The notes below the pieces were generated by a model. It was not told where the DNA came from. It worked only from the letters and a program-made list of their open reading frames with translations, and made no database searches. A stretch of 63,122 nt of DNA, the filler included, from Ministeria vibrans ATCC 50519 (Eukaryota; Protista; Filasterea): NCBI GenBank assembly GCA_943704425.1. It is 9 parts of 9 records of this genome, joined end to end, with 100 filler letters (N's around TTAATTAATTAA, not from the genome) between each part and the next. Parts side by side here need not be neighbours in the genome. Positions count along the whole stretch, not along the records: positions 31,213 to 47,556 come from CALSCP010002223.1; 8 more parts are not named here. One strand, 5' to 3'. Each line of letters begins with the position of its first letter. Position 1 is the first letter of the stretch. Positions 31,859 through 47,000 of this stretch are shown here, piece after piece. The translations under genes and the position numbers were made by a program.

Positions 31859-32610
31859 TCGCATCATCGCCGTTCGACAAGCCCACGAACTGGCCCGTCG
31901 ACCAATTGCGCAGAGCGTCCCGCACGGCGGCGTCTCGGGCCTCAACAAATGTGCTCGAGGTCTCTGTTGCGCTGCGACCGCGGTCGGTCGCGCTGCGCTC
32001 ATCATCCTCATCGTCGTCTGAATCGCTGAGAGCCCTCGCAAGAAGGCTGCCGCTGCGGTCGTCCATTTGGTGACTGGATTTTTTTGACTTCTTCGCTGGG
32101 GGCCGCGACGGCGCGTCAAGAGGAGATAGAGACAAAGGTTTCTTGGACGCAAGGTCGGCGTGGTCGATGGTGTACTGCGTCATCAGCTCTTCGCGCATGA
32201 TCTTACGAGATTGCGCGTGGAGGAGTCGTCGAAGCTCATGGGGATTGTGGTCGTCATAGCGCTATTGATGAGTGATGCTTCGGCGTCCGCCATAGACAAC
32301 GCACATCGCCTTCTCGGCTCGAGACAAACCCTTGTTCACGTATCGATAGTACGACATGTAGGCCTTGGTTGACGTCAACACAAATTCGCCCAACGACTCG
32401 CCGGGTTCGAGAGCTTCGAGCATAGTCTCGTGACTGACGACTGTCAGTTGTCTTTTTTGTGTTTCGGGTTCCTGCACTCTTTTACGCTTGCGACCAGAAC
32501 CGTCCGCGGCGGCGTGAGGAGGAAGGGACTGAGATGCGTCTGTCGGGGCAGTCTCTGTGACGAGAGTAGCTTCGTCGTCGTCGACAGGAATGGTGGTGGA
32601 AGACGACCTA
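31826..32610 (-). pseudogene. Degenerate, internally deleted DNA-transposase remnant, hAT-like
   Basis: Broken frames. TIPMSFDDSSTRNL resembles the hAT N-terminal lPfs.vd motif; PPAKKSKK...LRNW...PTLQFWAKQK resembles the start of the hAT dimerisation domain, where it is cut off. Confidence 0.5.
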
Positions 32611-32812
32611 ATTAATCCAAGGGAGAAGAATTTAGTAAAACAAAATTAATTGTGTACGTTGACAAGGTGCGTGTAATGTACGTGTGAGTGCTTGGGGTAT
32701 TTCTGTGTGACTTACAAAGTCGACAACATAATAATATTAAACAGCTTTATTGTGAACTACATTCTTACTAATAATAATAATGTTAATAATTTATTATTTG
32801 TATAATGGTATG

Positions 32813-35800
32813 TTACAGTCTCATGTCCTCCAGCAACTCATTCACAAGCGTATCGAAAATGGCATCGGCAACCTCCATCTTCGCTTCCAGCTCGACTTCG
32901 TCGTAGTCAACCCAGTCGGCATCCTCGGCAACAATTTGTCGTGTCAGTAGTTTGTCCAGATCATCACCAAAGCCGGGTGCGGAGGGCAGACGCTTGCGCA
33001 AACGCTTCAGAACATGGTCAGCCAACGATCGGCCCACGAGTGGCCGTCGAAAGCGCGCGGCAAAGTCACGAGGCATTCGCATCCATGGAGGACGCACCGG
33101 AGGTGGACATACGAGCGGCGTGAATAACGTAGTGAGCTCTTCATTGACGCAGTCAAAGAGCAGACGCGCATGAGCTTGACTATTATCATCGTCAATGTCG
33201 CCCGCAAACTTATTCCAAGCTTCCTCTGATAGTGACACGGCGCACCCTTCCGACTGGGCAAACTCATCGTCGAACATCGAGCAGATGCGTCGTACATCAC
33301 GCTCCATCGCCGCGTCCGTCAGGTTCACAACCACCTGGGGCACGGCCGTGGGTACAGGCGAACCAGGTGGCGGTCGTGTCTCGGCAACTGGCTCACGCTC
33401 GTCGTTGACTGCACTGCAGCTGCCGGAGCGCAGTCCTGGTGTTGGCAAGGACTCGATCAGCAGCTCGCTAAGAAGTGCCGATGTGACACGCTCCACCTGA
33501 GCGTCGCGTTCGCTGCGTTTCTCCTCAGCGTCAATTACGCGAGACTCCTCGGCAGTCAACGAAAGTGTGGTTTCAAGTCGTTCCATCTCAAGAATGTGAC
33601 TGAGCTCACCCGACACTTCCAGGTCACCACCGCCAACACCCTGTTCGTGCGCCACATTCGTGACGACGTCGGCCACAGCCATGGCAGCAGCAGCAGACTC
33701 GAGCATATCCTCCTCTTCGTCGTCCATCTCCTCCTCTTCCGGAATATGGATCTCGCGAACAACTTCGGCGCCTGAAATTTCGTCGCTCACGTCGGAGAGC
33801 ACAACTTCGTCGGCGACCGACAGAGCTTCCGATGAGAGCACGGAGGACGCAAGTGGCGGTGACGTCGTGCCACTGCCTCCAACAATCAAGTTACTTCCTT
33901 CGTCACGTGGTGCCGACGTATCGCTGTCACCAAGCAAGCTACTCACTTCGTCGCGTACCGACGAGTTGGTCAAGTTGGAAACGTCGAGCACAAGCTCGGC
34001 GGCGGTGGCTGGACCACACGATGTGTTTGGACTCGCAAGCAGATCCTCCACAATAGATTCGTCGTCATCTGAGTCGACCTCCGGTCGACTGGTCTCGACA
34101 CAACTGACAATAGAGTCGGTCGTGGGGTGGTCGCTTCGTACATCCGTGTCTTCGTCAATCTCTTCAAAAGTGTCGCCCTCGTACGCCGCAAGAGTATGGT
34201 CATTGTGCAGCGCATATGTTGTTTCCGACAGACGCGAGTGCTCTGCTTCGTCACGCTCAAGTTGCGACCGCAAGTCAACGTTAAGCAACTCGATCCGTGC
34301 AAGTTGGGCGCGCAACGTTTCCTCCTCCTCCAAAAGATCGCGTTTCTTGATACGACGTTGCAACTTGTGCGCCTCCTGCTCTCCCGTCGCCACACGTTGT
34401 CGCAAAAGCTCAATACGACGCTCAAGCTGCTCCATCAGGGCCGACGAGTCAGTCGTAGTGCTCGCCGAGAACGACGACGAAAGGGACGGCGAGACGACAG
34501 ACGCATCGTGCACACTCGCACTCGGGACCCTGTCAATCTCTTCGTCGATCGAGCTTGCCTGTAGCGATGATGGAAGGCTTTCGCGAATAGATGAGGTATC
34601 CGGCGAGACGACAGACGCATCGTGTACACTCGCACCCGGGACCGTGTCAATCTCTTCGTAGATCGAGCTTGCCTTTAGCGATGATGGAAGGCTTTCGCGA
34701 ATAGACGAGGCATCGGGCGAGCTGTCAACAATGGACTCGACAATAGACTCAACCGGAAGCTCAGACTCGTGTGATGACGACGCAATCGAGTCATTCAAAC
34801 TGGACGTGACGTTGCTAGTGGCAGTACGGCTCACGTCGACAGAAGCACCCTCGTCGGAGTGATCGTCGTCGTCTTCGTGCCGACGAAGAGCACCATCGAG
34901 CGAGCGGGCAATCTCCTGCCGTCGTCGTTGCATCGCTTGCTGCCGTCTCGCTTGCTCTCGCTGCTGCTCAATGAGACGCACGGCCGTGTGGTGTCTCTCT
35001 GACAGCGCAAGCTCCTTCTCTGACAAGTCCATATCGTGTCGCCGCTGCTGCTCAATGAGACGCACGGCCGTGTGGTGTCTCTCTGACAGCGCAAGCTCCT
35101 TCTCTGACAAGTCCATATCGTGTCGCCGCTGCAACTCGTGCAGTTTGACATCGAGTTCATCGACAGAAGAGCGGTGCTCTGTGGACGGATCGGCAGTACC
35201 AACCGACGCCAAATGAGTCCAGAGTTCTCGGTCGAGTGCGGTTCCAAGTTGCAGCTCTTCGTGGTGTTGCACCTGCTGGCGCATTGCTTGCGTTTGCAGC
35301 GACAAGTAACGCTCCAACGACGACTGTTGTTGTTGCATTGTACGCTCTTGCTGGTCCATCAATGCTCGTCGCTCGCGTTGCTCCCCTTCCAGACGGTTTT
35401 GGGTTTCAGTGGCGCGCGCCTCCAGCTGTGCGCGTTCACGGCGGAGACTCTCCTCGCGTGCGCGCAACACCTGGGCAACGGCAACCGTCTCCTGTTGAGC
35501 GAGCGATACCTGTCGACCCGTGTCTGTCTCAGTCAGTAGGTCGAGAGTGTGAGAGGTGGAGTCGAAGAGGGCAACAGATGCCATGAGGTCGGCGCCGAGG
35601 GCCGCTGGAGAAAGCCGAGCTGGCGGTGGCACCGACGACGGAATGGATTGGGTCGCAGTGTGAACGGGGGTGCTGCGCAACGGCGGAGGGGCCGGTGGAA
35701 AGTGCAAAGTGGCTGAGGAACACGTGGAGGTGGAGGGCTGACTCGCTGGCGTAACCACGTCCTCCGTGGAAGTGGCCACATGGGTGTGTTGCGGACCGCA

Positions 35801-37865
35801 TTGAACCGCGACCGAAAATCGCTCAGGACGTGCAGGCGGTTGCAACGTCTCGGAGGTGGACGGCGATGGCAACGTCGACGGACCACCGACAGCGGCAGGC
35901 TGATCGCCTTGGAGCTCGGCAGTGTCGCCACGTTGGGCAAGCAGACGCCGTGCAAATACCGCAACAATGGATTCATCGTCGTCGTCGTCGTTGTTGTTGT
36001 CGTCGGCAAGCGCAATATCCAGCGGATGATGGCTAGTGGACGATAGAGAAGCAACTGGCTCAACTGGTTTGCTACGAGGTGGCGGTGGTGAAGCGGAGCG
36101 TAGAAGTGACGCGAGCGAGTTGACGGTGAACAGCGACGGCGGAGAAGCGTGGTGGGCAAGGCGCGTTTGATGGCCACGAAAGACCGCCTGTACACGAGTA
36201 GCGGCGTCAGCGGTGGTGGATGTCGAACAGCTGGGCTGTGCTCGCCGGACGAGCGCTGCAACGTTGTCAACACCCGGTAAGGTCTCAGAGTCGTCTTCGG
36301 TGCCGGTTTTAGCCGCAGGCGACACTGTACTCGACGGTAGGGTGTTGTTGTTCGCGTGGTCTTGGCGCGCCATTTCCATCCTTTCACGCAAGATTTGGGC
36401 GTCCATGTGAAACTGGTCCAAACGTGCGGCAAAGGCATCAATGTCGTTTTCTGAGTGAGCGGGTGGTGAGTCGCCTGGCTCGGGAGCGTCGCACACTTCT
36501 CGCTCGTCCACACTGATGCGTGTCTCTGTCTCGGTGGTACGCATCATTGTACTGCGCACTAGTGGCGACGTCGCTCGCGTCGTCTCCTCAGCGTACTCTT
36601 CGATGTCAGGGACAATTGGAAAGAGTTCGGGAGGTGGGAAGGGCTGTTGGCGTTGGTGTGCAAAGTGAACGTCATCGGTAGCCGAGCCGCTGGCACTGGC
36701 ACTTACCGAGCCATTGCTGGTGCCCCCACCGTCGCTATCCTCCGTGGTCGTCGAGGCAGAAGCAGAGGAGAGAGAGCGCCGGTGAAGACGGGCGACAATA
36801 GGAGAGCCTGGTTGAGTGGCGGCAGATGCGAGACTGCCCGCGACCAGATTGCTCTGGATGAGACGGGCGCGGCTCTCGGGGTAGCGTAGATCGCGCAGTT
36901 GTGCCTCGCGCCATTCCTTGACAGCCATGTCACGCTGTTGTCGCTCTTGACGATCACGCTTCTCGCGTGCCTTGCGTTGCTTCATGTACGCCCGACCGGC
37001 GATGCGGCGAGCGGCCATTTCGCGCTGTCGTGCACTGTCACCATTTCCTGTCGCGGTTGCGCTCGCTGAAGCGGTATTGGTTGCAGCAGCTGTGGCGGCA
37101 GTAGCAACACGCCTCGGCCTGGCCTGTTGCTGTTGTTGTTGTTGCTGCTGCTGCTGCTGTGATGCTAAGGACGACACAGCTCGTCGAGGCGCTTCGACCT
37201 CATCGGCATCGTCACTGCTGTCGTCCAGGACGGCTCGCATTGACGCAATGGTGGAAGCGATGGGAAGGAAATCTACACCGTCAATGCTGCCGCGGACGGA
37301 CTCGTCTGTCTCGCGTTGTGCCGGTGAAGGTGCGGGAGCAGCGGCCAGTGCGGCCGCGGATGGTCGCTTTGCGCTTGACTGTGATTGTGCGTGAGTCTGT
37401 CGAGACGGTGCTGATCGCCACGAGTCGGTGTTGATAAGGACCTGCGTGCGACCCTGCAATGGGATGCGGGCGATCTTTTTGACGACCGTTGGGGGGAGCA
37501 GTGCAGCCGCCGTCTCCTACATGGGCATGGAGAAGGGTTAGGGGCACAACAACCGACGACATGACGTGCGTGCGTACCGCATTCGAAGCGGTCGCAGCCA
37601 CGTCGGGTGCGGGAGTGCGGGGTGTCGGAAAGGCGTCAAGGGTGGCTTCGCCAAGGGCAATGCGCTGCTTCAAGCGCAGCAGCTTGCGTTCGTCGGCAAG
37701 CGACGACGCCGGCCCCACCGCCACCGCCCGCTTGAGCCGCTTGGCAAGGGTGGAGGGAGCAGCGGGGCGTTCGACAGGACTAATCTCCGTCAGGGGAAGC
37801 CGTTCGGTCCGCACCGGCCCGCACACGCTCACCGCTCGGCCGCTTTGGCGTGAACCTGACCACAT
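32813..37865 (-). CDS. CEP350: Centrosome-associated protein CEP350-like (short first exon, then a ~4.7-kb exon)
   Basis: IQ-like AATRVQAVFRGHQTR; RLSPAAL...SLAQQETVAVAQ block; C-terminal LLFDCVNE and DWVDYDEVELEAKMEVADAIFDTLV (DUF4378-type). Confidence 0.82.
34488..34720. repeat. Two diverged 114-bp in-frame tandem units in the CEP350-like gene
   Basis: SSIRESLPSSLxASSIxEEID.VP.ASVHDASVVSP occurs twice. Confidence 0.88.
34959..35132. repeat. Perfect 84-bp in-frame tandem duplication
   Basis: QRRHDMDLSEKELALSERHHTAVRLIEQ occurs twice with identical DNA. Confidence 0.93.
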
Positions 37866-38319
37866 CCGATTTGAAAACACGAAAAACACAAAAACAAAAA
37901 TTTGAAAAAAATCAGTTTGGGGATTAAAAGGCTTGTAAAGAGAAAGCAAAGAAGATCCAGAGACAGGATGCTGCGTGGGAGAGTGTGTGGATCGTAGTGA
38001 GCGAAGGCGTACGGTGTTTTGCGGGCGCGGGAGCGAGACGGGGCGCAAGAGACGCGCTTGGAAACAGCGGATCGCCGTACGCAACCACCGCGGGCCTCTC
38101 GTCCGAAGTGCGCTTTCCGTGGACGGGTGCTGACATGTTAAGCAGAGTAAACGACACTTAACAATCAATGATGCAGTTCAAAAAAATAAAAAAATAATAA
38201 CAATAATTCATTATGTTTTTGAATGAAGCACATCGATTTTGTACTCTATATTCTATTATATGTATTACTAATTATACTACTCTTATTCGTGTAGCCGACC
38301 AAAGTCTTTCGCGAGTGTC

Positions 38320-40528
<2,209 letters not shown>

Positions 40529-40637
40529 AGAGTGAAGCAAATAATCTCTTTCAATAGCTCAAATTCGTCGTTCGTTTCGTCTTTGCTTTCGTTTTTTCCT
40601 CTTCTTCATTTTTTATTTGTACTGTGCAAGTATGAGC

Positions 40638-40846
40638 GTTTGAGCACAAGCTCTCTGACGAGTAAACCTCATACATATCGCGTTGGTGCCGGTTATCCAT
40701 CTCTTCCAAGCGTTGAATGTTCATTGAAAAAACTCTCTTAGTTTGAGCACAAGCTCTCTGACGAGTAAAACTCATACATATCGCGTTGGTGCCGGTTATC
40801 CATCTCTTCCAAGCGTTGAATGTTCATTGAAAAAACTCTCTTAGTT
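40638..40846. repeat. 103-bp tandem duplication (one mismatch seen) between convergent genes
   Basis: Units start at 40638 and 40741. Confidence 0.92.
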
Positions 40847-41007
40847 ATTTGTGTGTATTAAGATTCTTTTGTTCAAATATAACTTTCCAAAACTCTCTAT
40901 CTCTCCTTCTTTCTTTTTCTCTCGAAACTTCTAGTGACGCGTCACCAAGTTTCTCTCTTTCTCTTTCTCCCTCTCTCTCTATCAAAAAACCTCCTACTCT
41001 CGCCCAC

Positions 41008-44000
41008 TCAGAGATCCTCATCTTCCGTGTGAGGCTTCGAAGCACCGCGCGACTCGTACGCCGAGTTCTCCTGCGTCGCCGCGAATCCATCGTCGAGCGA
41101 TTCGTACAAATCGTTGTCGACATTTGCTCCGGCAGCGCGTCCCTCATAGGCGCTATTCTCCACAATGGCGGAACCTGGGCGAGCGTCGTAGCCTGGGTTG
41201 TTTACCGACGAATTCATCTCGTCCAGTGTCTGGTATGCATCCGACGACGCGCTTGCACCGCCTCCGCCGCCAAACGACTCGTAGTGGCTCGAGGCGAACG
41301 AGGAGCCGGGTCGCGGTTGAGATGCCATGCGTGGCGCACGCGTGCTACCCAAACTCTGGTACTGCGTCGACTCAAATTGCGCCTGCAGGGTACTGCCGCC
41401 GCGGTAAGCGTCGGCATCCGCATCCAGCGACGACGGTGCACGCAGTCGGTTTACCCGACGCGCATGCAGTGCGCGCTCGCTCGTGTCGTCGTCACGGTAC
41501 ACGTCCACTCGATCCTCGCCAAGAGGTCGTCCAATGGTGAACGGAATGTTCATCAGACGAGCGCGGTCGCGCACATTCAGAGTGCCCACCGATGTGTCCT
41601 GGTAGTCCGCTCCTTGCCACAGCGACACGCGCTCCACACGTCCCAGAGGCATGCACTTGATCGTGTACACCAATCCAGAACCGGTTGCCGTCGGCACACC
41701 GTCACGCAGTGTTTGCACACCTGAGTCACCTGACGTGCCGTGAAGAATGCATTTGCATCCACGCAGCGGCACACCCGACTCTGTGTTCACCGTCAATTCG
41801 TACGTGTTGAGTTCGCGAGCAGGATCCGGCAACAACCGAATCGATCCCAGACGTCCGCGCGTCGCATCGCTCATGCCAATGCCCACAGGGACAGGTCCTG
41901 CCGCGGCCGCAGCCTGCTCGTTGCTCTTCAGGTACAACATCACCTCGGACTGGCCATCGCCCACCTTAGAGCCTACCCAGCGGCCCTGGTCGTCGTTGCC
42001 ACACTGGAAGTCCCAGTCGCGCATCGTCGTCTGGTTGTGCACGCGTGCCTTCTCGATGTGCCACTGAGGCGTCGACCCGTCCTTGTTCTTGCCCTCGAGA
42101 CGCACCATCATCTTCGTGAGGTCACCCAGCGGCGTGCACGCCACAAAGAATCGCTGCGTCTTGCCGGGCACAAGGCTGTTCTGCTCGGGCACCAATGTCT
42201 CGGCACGCTGGCGTGCCGCCGGTGACATGTCCCACTCCCAGCCAGGGAAAGCAGATAGTGCCTGCACCTTCTCACTTTCAAGCTTACCTGTCGCACGCAG
42301 GTGCTTTTGCATCAGCACCCACAGCGCAAGCGACTCGTTCGTCGGGTAGTCGTGTGGCACGTTCGGTGTACCCGTGCTCGCATTGAACTTCACGAGCTCG
42401 TCATAGTACGCACTCCACGTTTCTACATCCTCTGCGTTCGCCGCGAGCACCTTCTCACCGCTATCGCGCTTGTTGCTTCCGTAGATGCGAATCACAACAC
42501 GAGCACTGTGGCCCGCATTCAATTCATCCTTGGTCGTGAACACCACCGTGTAACTCGGCTTTGCCGCAAGCAAGAAAATACCGCCCGCTGCTGCAAGAGC
42601 CGCCGCCGGAGGCACCGCCGAAGTCGGCACAATCGGGTTCAGACCAGCGCCACCGCCAGCACCTGCACCTGCACCACCGGCGCCAGGTGCAGAACCAGCA
42701 CCAGCACCAGCACCGCGGAAGCCCGTCTCGGCGTCAAAACCGCTCGCTTGCGACACCGGCTCGAGCAGCGACGGCTCCATCTCGTTCATGTTGCCCAAGT
42801 CGTTGAACTCGGCATAGTTGAGGTCACCCAATGTGCCCAAGTTGAACACCTTAGCCTCCTCCTCGCCGCCAATAGGCGCGTTCGGGTCAAACGCACACCC
42901 ATTCTCGTCGAGAAGAATTTCACCGCCGCCCAGACCACTGCCAAACGTGACGGCCACGTTGAAGCCAGTGAACCACAGGAAGTAGAGGCAGTAAATGAGA
43001 ACACAAAGGAGCACAAAGAGAACCGCAATACAAATACCCGCAACTCCCCCACTCGAGACAGACCCTGAAGTAGAACTGCCTGTCACCACCACGCCGGTGC
43101 AGCGCGGATCGTTCTGCACATCAAGGAGCACCGTGCCAAACTCCGAGCCGGTCAGCGTACAAATGGAGTCTGCCGGATTGTTCGGGGGGTTCGTCAACAG
43201 CGTACAGTAGTCGCCGAAGCCCTGGCCAGCAGCAACACCCGCCGACAGCGTTCCGTTCGCCGCAATGTCTTGCAGACACATCATCTCGAAGAAGGTCTTC
43301 ATCGACGTGAGTGAGTCACATGCAACGTCACCAAGTGCGTCCAGGAGTGACGTGCAGAACGCCTTCGCCTGCACCTCAAGATCCGGGTCGGTAAAGGTCG
43401 TTGTCGTCGACGTGTTCGTCGGCAACGGTAGCGGCAACGTCGACGTACCCCACAGCGGCGTGTTCGACGGCGGACAGTTGTTACACGACGCTCCACTGCC
43501 CGTCACAATCACACCACCGCCCGAGCCTACAGTGACCACGGCCAGACCACCACCACCACCACTACTACCACCACCACCACTAGAGCCGCCACACGTGGGA
43601 CAGTCGACAGTCTGGAGGAAGCGCATGTGCAAAGTACTTCGTCGGTCCGAAATCACAATGCCTGTGCCGGTGTTGCACGACCACCAGTGCACCAAGTTGC
43701 TAAACGTGAAAAAGTCTCCCGCTCCGCATCCCGTCGTGCACACACCGCGCAACCAGCTTCCGCCCACAATCACATCGGTGAAGACAGGTCCCGTCCAAAT
43801 GCGAATCTCATCGAGCATGCCCGAGAACCGGTAGCCGGCCGTGTAGTTGCCACCAGCAAGTGTCGTAAAGGCAGGCAAGCCCACCGCTCCGCCAGGACAG
43901 TTGTTGTATGTGCCGTCAAATGGCTGCAACCAAATACCAAAGCCAATGTGTCCGCCAAGAGTGAACGGGCTCGAACAAGTACCGCCACAGCCCGCAACCG

Positions 44001-47000
44001 CGACTCCGCCAGGGAAGTTGGAGTACGTCCACGACTGGTAAACTCCCGCACCCGTCTGCACCCACACCCAAATGTCGGGCGAACGCCACGAAATCACCAC
44101 GCGTACCCACGGATTCGAATCGAACACCACCGCCAGCGACGTATTAAACGTAAACTCACCGTAGCGACAGATAATGTAGCCGTGCTCCACCGAGAACGAA
44201 ATGGTCGAGTACACGCGGTAGCTAAAGAACACACCACCCGGCAGCGAGTCGTCGCAGCTCAGATAGAGACTGATCGAGAAGCCCGAAGTAGGCCAGCTGT
44301 AAACCTTGTCCACAGAGACGGCACCCTGCACAGTAGAGCCCACCAACTGAATGGCCGAGCCACCACCCGACGGGGTGGACTCGATGAGGTACGTCGCATT
44401 CACCAGAGGTCCCAGTCCGCCGCCGCCCGACGTACCCGGCACAATGGTACCGCACGACAGACAACTAATCTCGCCCGTGACAAAGCACTGCGCTGTTGGA
44501 CTCGTCACGGCGTGTTGCGGCGCAAACAGGTTCTGAATGTTCGCCTCGGTGATGGCATTGCCCGTCAGGAACGTGCCAGTCGCCGGTAGGAACAAATCGG
44601 TGTCAACGTCGTTGTCGCACGAACCAAAGAGAGCCACGCTCGTCTCGCACGACCCCTTGGGTGCCTGTAGGAGAATGCCGAGCGAACGACCCTCGTTCAC
44701 AAAGTTCATCGTCACCACCACTCCCTCTGGCGAGTTCAGCGTCATCAGGCGGACCGCCGTGCGCTCGATCCACCAGTCTGTGCCGGGAACCGTTGTCCGC
44801 GCCGTGGGTGACACCTCCATGGTCGGAATCTGTACACTGTCAAACCAGACGATAGGTGGATCGGTTGCCTCGAAACCGGCGCGAATAGACAAACACGTGC
44901 CATTGATGGTTGACGACAGCGCCACCGAACAGGCGCCGTTCATGTCGAGACACGGTTCGGAACGCACCTGAAGCGTAAAGGTGTCGTTTGAGACGGCATT
45001 CGCATTGGTCATCGCCACAATGTCGTTAGCCGTGCTTCGTCGTCCCACGCCACCAGACGAGATTTGCGCAGGAGCGCCCGCTGGTCGCGTCAAATACGAA
45101 TTGCCAAGCACATTGTAGTCGTACGACATGCCGTCGTACGTCGTCACGCGCGAGTTGATAAACCCACCCACATAGTAGTCCTTGGAGCCTGCAATTGTAA
45201 TGTTGGCAATCGCCACGTCGCAGCGTCCGCCAAACCAGCCTTCGGTACAGTTGGAGCAATCGACACTGCCACGCCAGTTAGGCTCGCACGCGCACAATCC
45301 TGTCACTTGGTTGCACACACCCGCAGCGTTACATGTGTTGTTCGGCCCCAGTGGACAGATGCCCGTGCAGTCGACACCCCAGTAGCCCTCGAGGCAGCGA
45401 CAGAAGCCAGGGTCGGTCGACGCCTCGTACTCGGACGGCACCACAAATGCCGTCTCGTTGCCCACGCACAAAGGAGTGTTCACAAAGTCAATCGTGGATG
45501 CCGTGTCGGACACGTTGTTGCTCGGCGCATAGATCACACGCCACACCGGAATGTCGCCACCAGCGCTCACAGTCACACTGAACACACGCTCGACGCGTCC
45601 CGGCAGGAACTCGATGGGCTGACCGCGGTTCTCGGGCGCCGTGAGGAATCCGTTCTGGGGACCCGCCGCAATCGATACAATGTGCGTATTGTAGTTGATG
45701 TAACCAAACCAAATGGTGTAGTCAGTGCCACTCGTGGTGTTAGTAGCGCAGTCAATGACCGGCTCAATCGAGCGGGTGCCACCCGAGCCCGAATACGGAT
45801 TGAAGTAGTAGCCCTGGTTGTTCTTGCACTCGTAAGAACAATGCCCATCGCCGACGTAGTCGGGGTGGCATTGCGAGCATGTCGCACCATCCCAGCCAGT
45901 CACACACTGCGTACAGTCCACTGCGGTCCAGTGGCCACGTGTTGAGTCACGGTAACACTGACAAATGTCACCTTGATAGACGGTTGCCTCGCCATTCACG
46001 CAGGGCACCGAGCAGTTACTGATCCAACCAATAAAGTCGGGCACGCACTGCTCACACCCATTGCCGTCGTACTGGGTAAAGCACACGTCGCAGGCATTTT
46101 CCGAGCCGTCTTGGCCACCAAAACTGTGCTCACACACACACCGCGGGATCGCTTCGCCATCAAACAACGTGCAGTTGCCGCGATCGCTACACTCCTTGCC
46201 GTCTGCCGACTGTGCGCACACCAGTCCCGAACAGTCGTCCAAGTCAAAACCGGTGTTGCACGAACACTGTGGCAGCGGTTCACCCGTCACTTCGCGGCAT
46301 GTGCCACGGTTCGAGCAGTCAGGCTCGCCGGGGCAGTCAAGCAACTCGCACAGCGTTCCCTTGCGTCCCGCCACGCACTGACACACACCGGCAGAGCACG
46401 TGCCCTTGCCGCTGCACTCCACATCGCACTTCTGTCCACTGAAGCACGCGTCGCACACGCAATTACCCGAATCCATGGGAATCTGTGTGCCGTTGGTACA
46501 TTCGCGCTCGCACGACACACCCACCCAACCCTTGATGCAATTGCGACAAACGGGCGAGGTGCCTTCTCCCGGCGACGTCTGGTATGTCGTCGCGTCACAC
46601 TCGCCGCGTCCATTACAATCCGGATCGCCAGGGCAATCAGGCACGTTGCAGCCGGCACCGCCCCATCCGGGATTACATTGACACGTTTGCGACGCCTCAT
46701 TACACACACCGTTGAACACGTTGGGATCGTACACGTCGACCGTACACGAATCGCCCACACCGGGACATCCACGACGATCGCACAGAGTGTCCCACCAGGC
46801 CGAATCACACGAGCACACTCCGTTGGTGCAGTTACCGTGTGCCGTACACTCAATGTTGCAACCAACACCGCTGTAGCATGGGTCACACGCGCACACACCG
46901 CTGTTGGGGAAAGTCTGGTGACCGTGCGTGCACGGATCCGCACACGCGACTCCCATCCAGCCCTGGATACAGTCGACACACACAGGCGTGCCGGACGAGC

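Noticed and set aside
24488-37910. TTCAAA/TTTGAA upstream of several starts as a CHR-like promoter motif
   Set aside because: A 6-mer in AT-rich intergenic DNA; cannot be separated from background without counting.
45038-45050. GRRST as a Notch-like furin site in the receptor ectodomain
   Set aside because: Lacks the RxxR consensus; too weak to support.
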